DNA of 32,801 bases from Gammaproteobacteria bacterium. Its GTDB lineage: Bacteria; Pseudomonadota; Gammaproteobacteria; Pseudomonadales; Azotimanducaceae. The notes below the pieces were generated by a model. That model was not told the origin of the DNA. It saw only the letters and a program-made list of their open reading frames with translations, and ran no database searches. Below, in pieces: positions 28,277 through 32,801 of the stretch; position 1 is the first letter of the stretch; each line of letters opens with the position of its first letter. The stretch spans positions 7,969 to 40,769 of the forward strand of contig NZEI01000077.1 in assembly GCA_002690405.1 (NCBI GenBank), in the 5' to 3' direction. Made by a program: the position numbers and the translations under genes.

Positions 28277-29191
28277 CTACTGAGGGTTACTTTTGGCGCT
28301 GTGAGCTCTGATCATTGGGTCTCTTCCTTCGGGTTCGCCGACCTTTACGAGACCTTCGCCGAATGGCTCGTCGCGGCGACGTAGCGTTTCCTTGAGGCCG
28401 TGCTCTTTGACGCTGCGGCCATAGTCACGCACAGCCTGGGAGCGGTGCGCTCGGGCATCATTTTCTCCAGCCAGCCTCTGTAGCGTTTGGGCACCCATTA
28501 ATTCCATCGATAAGTTGGTGATGCGCTTGTTTGCTGACAGTAAGTCCGCATCGATCAGACTGAGTCGGTCCGCTAAGCCTTCCACCTCATCTTCCAATAG
28601 AGTGGCGGGGACTGACTTGAGAACCAATCCGATCTTTTCAGCATCAGCTCCGTCAATGCAGTCACCGGTCATCTGCAAACGCTTGGCCCATTGAGGACCG
28701 CAGTGATAAATCCATAAATTATTGGGCAGTGCACCCATGGCGCGGGCCGCCGGAAAACCGATGCGCGCATCATCAGCCGCGATTACTAAATCACAAGCCA
28801 TTGCCAGATCGGTTCCACCTGCTAGGCAATTGCCGTGTACCTGCGCGATGCTGGGCTTGTGCATTTCCCAGAGCGTGCGGATGTGACGGATGTTTCGCTC
28901 GATGAGCCAAATGTCGTCGTCGTGGCTGCGGCCGGTGCGATAACCGGGACGTTTGTTACCCCCTAGCGCCGTGAGGTCGTATCCTGAGCAAAAAGAAGCA
29001 CCGTCACCTTTAATGATGACGCAGTGCACACCTAAGTCATCGTCTGCTTCCCACAGTGCATGTTCGAGCTCTTCGAGCAGTCTGGCGTTCATTGCATTAT
29101 GTTTGTCTGCCCGATCCAAGGTTATACGGGCGCGTCCGTTTTCTACCTCATAGCGGATTTCTTCATAGTTTCCGTGCTCAGATGTTGCCAT
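28277..29191 (-). CDS. Crotonase/enoyl-CoA hydratase-isomerase family protein
   Basis: SFCSGYDL, KPSIAQVHGNCLAGGTDLAMACD and IGFPAAR. Confidence 0.87.
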   Translation of the reverse strand: MATSEHGNYEEIRYEVENGRARITLDRADKHNAMNARLLEELEHALWEADDDLGVHCVIIKGDGASFCSGYDLTALGGNKRPGYRTGRSHDDDIWLIERNIRHIRTLWEMHKPSIAQVHGNCLAGGTDLAMACDLVIAADDARIGFPAARAMGALPNNLWIYHCGPQWAKRLQMTGDCIDGADAEKIGLVLKSVPATLLEDEVEGLADRLSLIDADLLSANKRITNLSMELMGAQTLQRLAGENDARAHRSQAVRDYGRSVKEHGLKETLRRRDEPFGEGLVKVGEPEGRDPMIRAHSAKSNPQ

Positions 29192-29233
29192 TTAGCCCTC
29201 TCTTTGGTTGTTATCTTCTTGAGCGCGACATGC

Positions 29234-30415
29234 CTACAGCGGACGCCTTTGATTCAGTTCAGTTGCATTAGCGTAAAGAATTTTCTCCTGCATCGCAGGC
29301 GGAATCTGCTCGACTTCCTCGAGAATGTCCCTTGGTTTTTGCAAACCCTCCATATGAGGCCAATCCGAGCCAAGAATGACTCGATCTGCTCCCATGTGCT
29401 CTATGATTTCGCCTATATCGTCCTCCCAGAATGGATTTAGCCAGACGTGCTGACGAAAACTTTCCACGGGGTCCTCGCTGAAATAAGTAGGTAATCGATC
29501 CTTCGTATGTTCCAAGAAACGCAGTAGCTCGCCCAAAAATTCTGACCCGTTTTCGATGGATGCAATACGCACGTTTGGGAAACGTTCGAACAGTCGATCG
29601 AAAATCAGACTCGCTAAAAAGTCGTTAATGTTGCGCGAGCGGTGAAAGTTAGTAACGCTGGGCTTAGAACCCATGCTCAATGCATCAATGTTTTTGGTGT
29701 CGTAGCCATTACTATCGTGTCTAGTTTGGCCGATATGAGTAACTACGGTAATACCGGATTCATTGACCAGTGACCAAAAAGCATCGAAGTCTTCATGGCC
29801 AGGATTACGAGGCCCGTTTTTGGTAAACACCGCCGATGGGCGCATGACCACCGTGCGCGCGTCATTCTCCAATGCCCATTCGAGTTCTTTAACCGCCCAA
29901 TCGACATCAGCCAGGCTTATGTAAGGCGAAGTAAAGATCTTGTTTTTGTAAACGAGTCCCCAGTCTTCGTTTAGCCATCGGTTAAATCCGGTAAAGGTAG
30001 TGCACAAAGCAGCGATGTCTTTCTTCAAATATTCTTCGTAAAGCACTCCTAGCGTCGGAAACAGCCATGCTCCTTCAAGGCCCTGTTCCTCCATGCGCGC
30101 TATACGGGCGTCGCGATCCATATACTCTGGGGGCATGGGTTCAAGGGAAGAACGCACCAGTTCAGCTGTACTCAATCCCCGGGGATTGCCGTTGAAGTAT
30201 TCGCGTAGTACCCCTGGCTTGGAAATCGGGTTAAAACTGGGGTTGTTGCCCCTGTCGATTTTGCCGCCGATGCTTTGATATCTGCGCCCATTCGCTAATT
30301 CAATCCACTCCACACAGCGGGGCTGCATTTTCTTTGGCACGTGGCGCGTAAAAGCATCGTGTGCCTCGTAATAGTGATTGTCTGCGTCAAAAATTTTACC
30401 GGCATAAGAAGTCAT
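29234..30415 (-). CDS. Amidohydrolase-2 family protein, paralog B
   Basis: FDADNHYYEA, FERFPNVRIASIENG and GSDWPHMEG. Start set at the ATG at 30415 by alignment with paralog A. Confidence 0.87.
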   Translation of the reverse strand: MTSYAGKIFDADNHYYEAHDAFTRHVPKKMQPRCVEWIELANGRRYQSIGGKIDRGNNPSFNPISKPGVLREYFNGNPRGLSTAELVRSSLEPMPPEYMDRDARIARMEEQGLEGAWLFPTLGVLYEEYLKKDIAALCTTFTGFNRWLNEDWGLVYKNKIFTSPYISLADVDWAVKELEWALENDARTVVMRPSAVFTKNGPRNPGHEDFDAFWSLVNESGITVVTHIGQTRHDSNGYDTKNIDALSMGSKPSVTNFHRSRNINDFLASLIFDRLFERFPNVRIASIENGSEFLGELLRFLEHTKDRLPTYFSEDPVESFRQHVWLNPFWEDDIGEIIEHMGADRVILGSDWPHMEGLQKPRDILEEVEQIPPAMQEKILYANATELNQRRPL

Positions 30416-30495
30416 CACTGGCCCCCATAGAAAGTCCCTGAAATATGCTCTGGAATCTTGATTAGCGAATGTACGCAAATGTACCAAGAACGTAT

Positions 30496-30511
30496 AAACA
30501 GTATCATAGTT
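30496..30511. promoter_or_regulatory. Candidate operator site 6 (reverse complement AACTATGATACTGTTT)
   Basis: About 80 bp upstream of the amidohydrolase-crotonase-GntR run. It shares a 14-bp identity (TTAACTATGATACT) with site 3. Confidence 0.58.
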
Positions 30512-30663
30512 AAGTGCGAAATCACTACTTCATAGAAATGCAGAACCAGATAGGACGAAGAGATTGGTGCTATTCATTAATCATTGTCAATCGGGACAGG
30601 TTATTTTCCAATTTGACGAAGAAAAAGTGAGCAGTAGCAATTTGTGCTCTTTCGCAACTTTTT

Positions 30664-30679
30664 ATCTATGATGCTAATT
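30664..30679. promoter_or_regulatory. Candidate operator site 7 (ATCTATGATGCTAATT)
   Basis: Variant of the recurring motif in the same AT-rich intergenic region as site 6. Confidence 0.45.
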
Positions 30680-30929
30680 TTGTTGAGCATGAAGCAGCCT
30701 TGAACGCATGGCGGTCGCTGTTTGCTGGTAGTGCTGAACGTAGAAGATGTCAGAGCATTAGCCATTCGAACGGGTAACCATTGAGCAGGAGGGAGCCTGC
30801 GGAAAGAAAACCTGATCTATTCGGCGGCGTTCGTGAGCTTAATTTTGACTCGGTTGATCCAAGCGGTGCGAAAACCTTCATTGAAGAGCAGTTCGAGCAC
30901 TTCAATGCAGCGGACTGTGAAATCCGCAA

Positions 30930-31709
30930 TTACGCTTTTCGCTTGAGACGACTGCTGAAGTATTGGATTACATTCTCCAGGGCTGCTCGCGTTGGATGTC
31001 CTGCTGTATCTACGAAGTCTAAGGTCAGCACTGAGTGGCCTTTACCCGGTAGCGTTAGCTCCTGAACTCGGGTGGTGCCGTCATCATTAAATGCGCGATG
31101 AATGCACTCGGATTTTTCTGCGGTGCACAAAGGATCGCCTTCAAAGCGTAATACCCGCATAGGACCTTTGTTATCCAGAGCATTGCGACTTTGCATGATG
31201 TCATCGGGCGACATATGCAGCTCACCTTGCTTGAAAAAGGGCATTGCGGGTTGCGACGCCACGGCTGCGAGCACGCTGTCGTCTCCAATGAGTTGGATTG
31301 CGAAGTTGCCAGTAAGGCACATGCCAATAATGCCCACACCTTCAACCCCACTCTGATCTCTAACCTCTCGGCAAAGTAGGCGAATCCAATCGGCAATTGG
31401 ACTCGATCGACCGCTGCTCATTAAATGAAATTCTTTTCGCAAACACATCACCCGAACGAGGTTGCCTGTAATGGATGTTTTACCGAGCGGGCCGAACAGA
31501 TGTGGCATGACGACTTCAAAACCTGCATTAACCAGTTGATCGGCTAAAGACAGTGTTTCTTGGCCAATTCCAGGAAGTTCTTGCAGCAGCACCACTGGTG
31601 CACCGGAGCCTCTGCGGTAGATGTCGTGGGCAATACTGTGTCCGTCAGATGTCTGTGCCTCGAAGCGACTCTTTTGATAGTCGCTGATTTGGGTTGCGGC
31701 AGTGCTCAT
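30930..31709 (-). CDS. Dienelactone hydrolase family protein
   Basis: QELPG, Cys nucleophile elbow GMCLTG and catalytic His in GHSVL. Confidence 0.85.
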   Translation of the reverse strand: MSTAATQISDYQKSRFEAQTSDGHSIAHDIYRRGSGAPVVLLQELPGIGQETLSLADQLVNAGFEVVMPHLFGPLGKTSITGNLVRVMCLRKEFHLMSSGRSSPIADWIRLLCREVRDQSGVEGVGIIGMCLTGNFAIQLIGDDSVLAAVASQPAMPFFKQGELHMSPDDIMQSRNALDNKGPMRVLRFEGDPLCTAEKSECIHRAFNDDGTTRVQELTLPGKGHSVLTLDFVDTAGHPTRAALENVIQYFSSRLKRKA

Positions 31710-31826
31710 AAGCTAGTTTCCAATTATTTGGGCGCGTTATAAGGATACCCGCTTTTTGCAAATACCTGTTCGCGGTTCTCGCGATGGGGTCTAAACTGCG
31801 TAGAGGCTAAACTTGAGGACTGATAA

Positions 31827-32801
31827 GTGGAAATCACAGAACACCGAATTTCTAGTGAGCGGCACAGCACATTTTATCGAGCATGTGGCCCGGAGAATGG
31901 TCCGTTGATTATCATGACTCACGGCTGGCCTGAATTGTCGATAAGTTGGCGCCATCAGCTTTCCTACCTCGGTAGTCTTGGCTACAGAGCCATAGCGCCC
32001 GATATGCGCGGCTATGGGGGATCTTCGCTTTATACCGAGCACGAAGCCTACGCTCAGCGCGAGATTGTGCGGGATATGGTTGAACTTATTGACAGTATTG
32101 GGCGTGAACGAGCGGTTTGGATAGGACATGACTGGGGGTCCCCAGTTGCTTGGAACGTCGCTTTACATCATCCAGAGCGCGTTGCTGCCGTAGCAAGCCT
32201 TTGCGTTCCCTATGGATTTTCAGGCCATCCGAAGGATCTCGAATACGCAATAAATCGGGAGCTATATCCATCTGACGAGTATCCCGCAGGCCAGTGGGAC
32301 TATCAGCTGTTCTACTACGAAAGTTTCGCTACGGCGCAGCAAGAAATGGAAGAAAACCCCGAGAATTTAGTGAAGGCTTTGTTCCGTAAGGGCGATCCCG
32401 CCGGGCAAGGGCAGATCGCGGGCACGGCGGTCACACGTAAAAATGGAGGCTGGTTTGCGCCGCTGGGTGGGGTGCCCGACTTTCCCGCAGATTACGATGT
32501 TGTGACCGATCAAGACATCGCAACTTATGCCAAGCATCTTAATGAAAACGGTTTCTTTGGGCCGAACTCTTGGTACGTCAATGGCGACGCCAATCAAGCC
32601 TACCTCGATGAAAAAACCGATCGAACATTGTCGATGCCTGCACTTTTTGTGCACGCAAGTTACGACTACGTATGCGACACCACAACAACTGGCTTTGCCG
32701 AGCCTATGCGCGAGTTATGTAAAAACCTAACAGAGCGGCGGCTGGATTGTGGGCACTGGATGGCGCAAGAAAAACCGACGGAGCTAAATGAAATTTTGTC
32801 T
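31827..32801 (+). CDS. Alpha/beta hydrolase, soluble epoxide-hydrolase-like; runs off the 3' edge and is absent from the ORF track
   Basis: Manual translation from the GTG at 31827 (RBS GAGGA) gives THGWPELSISWRHQL, APDMRGYG, IGHDWGSPVAW, WDYQLFY, NSWY and CGHWMAQEKP. There is no stop before the window ends. Confidence 0.88.
   Translation, partial: MEITEHRISSERHSTFYRACGPENGPLIIMTHGWPELSISWRHQLSYLGSLGYRAIAPDMRGYGGSSLYTEHEAYAQREIVRDMVELIDSIGRERAVWIGHDWGSPVAWNVALHHPERVAAVASLCVPYGFSGHPKDLEYAINRELYPSDEYPAGQWDYQLFYYESFATAQQEMEENPENLVKALFRKGDPAGQGQIAGTAVTRKNGGWFAPLGGVPDFPADYDVVTDQDIATYAKHLNENGFFGPNSWYVNGDANQAYLDEKTDRTLSMPALFVHASYDYVCDTTTTGFAEPMRELCKNLTERRLDCGHWMAQEKPTELNEILS

Noticed and set aside
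228-32730. Numerous 60-230 aa ORFs antisense to or nested in the main genes (for example 19892-20575, 23987-24538, 25084-25539, 31791-32129, 32367-32654)
   Set aside because: They overlap well-supported CDS, have no recognisable motifs, and are the expected shadow ORFs.
1-32801. CRISPR arrays, IS elements/integrases, tRNA/rRNA, defence systems or a secondary-metabolite biosynthetic cluster
   Set aside because: I saw no regularly spaced repeats, transposase or integrase motifs, RNA gene signatures, or PKS/NRPS/carrier-protein genes. The enzyme set is catabolic.

Overview
A gene-dense bacterial catabolic region with about 27 intact or edge-truncated CDS and 2-3 gene remnants. I saw no rRNA, tRNA, CRISPR array or mobile element. 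It encodes two closely related CYP153-type cytochromes P450, five acyl-CoA dehydrogenases (two alpha/beta pairs plus an orphan alpha), four crotonase-fold enzymes with different catalytic residues, one acyl-CoA ligase and two LLM (F420-type family) oxidoreductases. It also encodes three intact SDRs, three amidohydrolases, three alpha/beta hydrolases, a ferritin-like metalloprotein, an APH/EcKL-like kinase, two MFS transporters and one GntR/FadR regulator. The genes form several divergent operons. The best non-coding signal is an imperfect palindrome, approximately AAYTAKKATACTAATT, found 7 times across four promoter regions. It suggests that most of the window is one regulon, plausibly under the local FadR-type regulator. 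The likely role (inference) is breakdown of an unidentified hydrophobic lipid, hydrocarbon, terpenoid or steroid-like substrate. All assignments come from motif recognition by eye, and no database searches were run.
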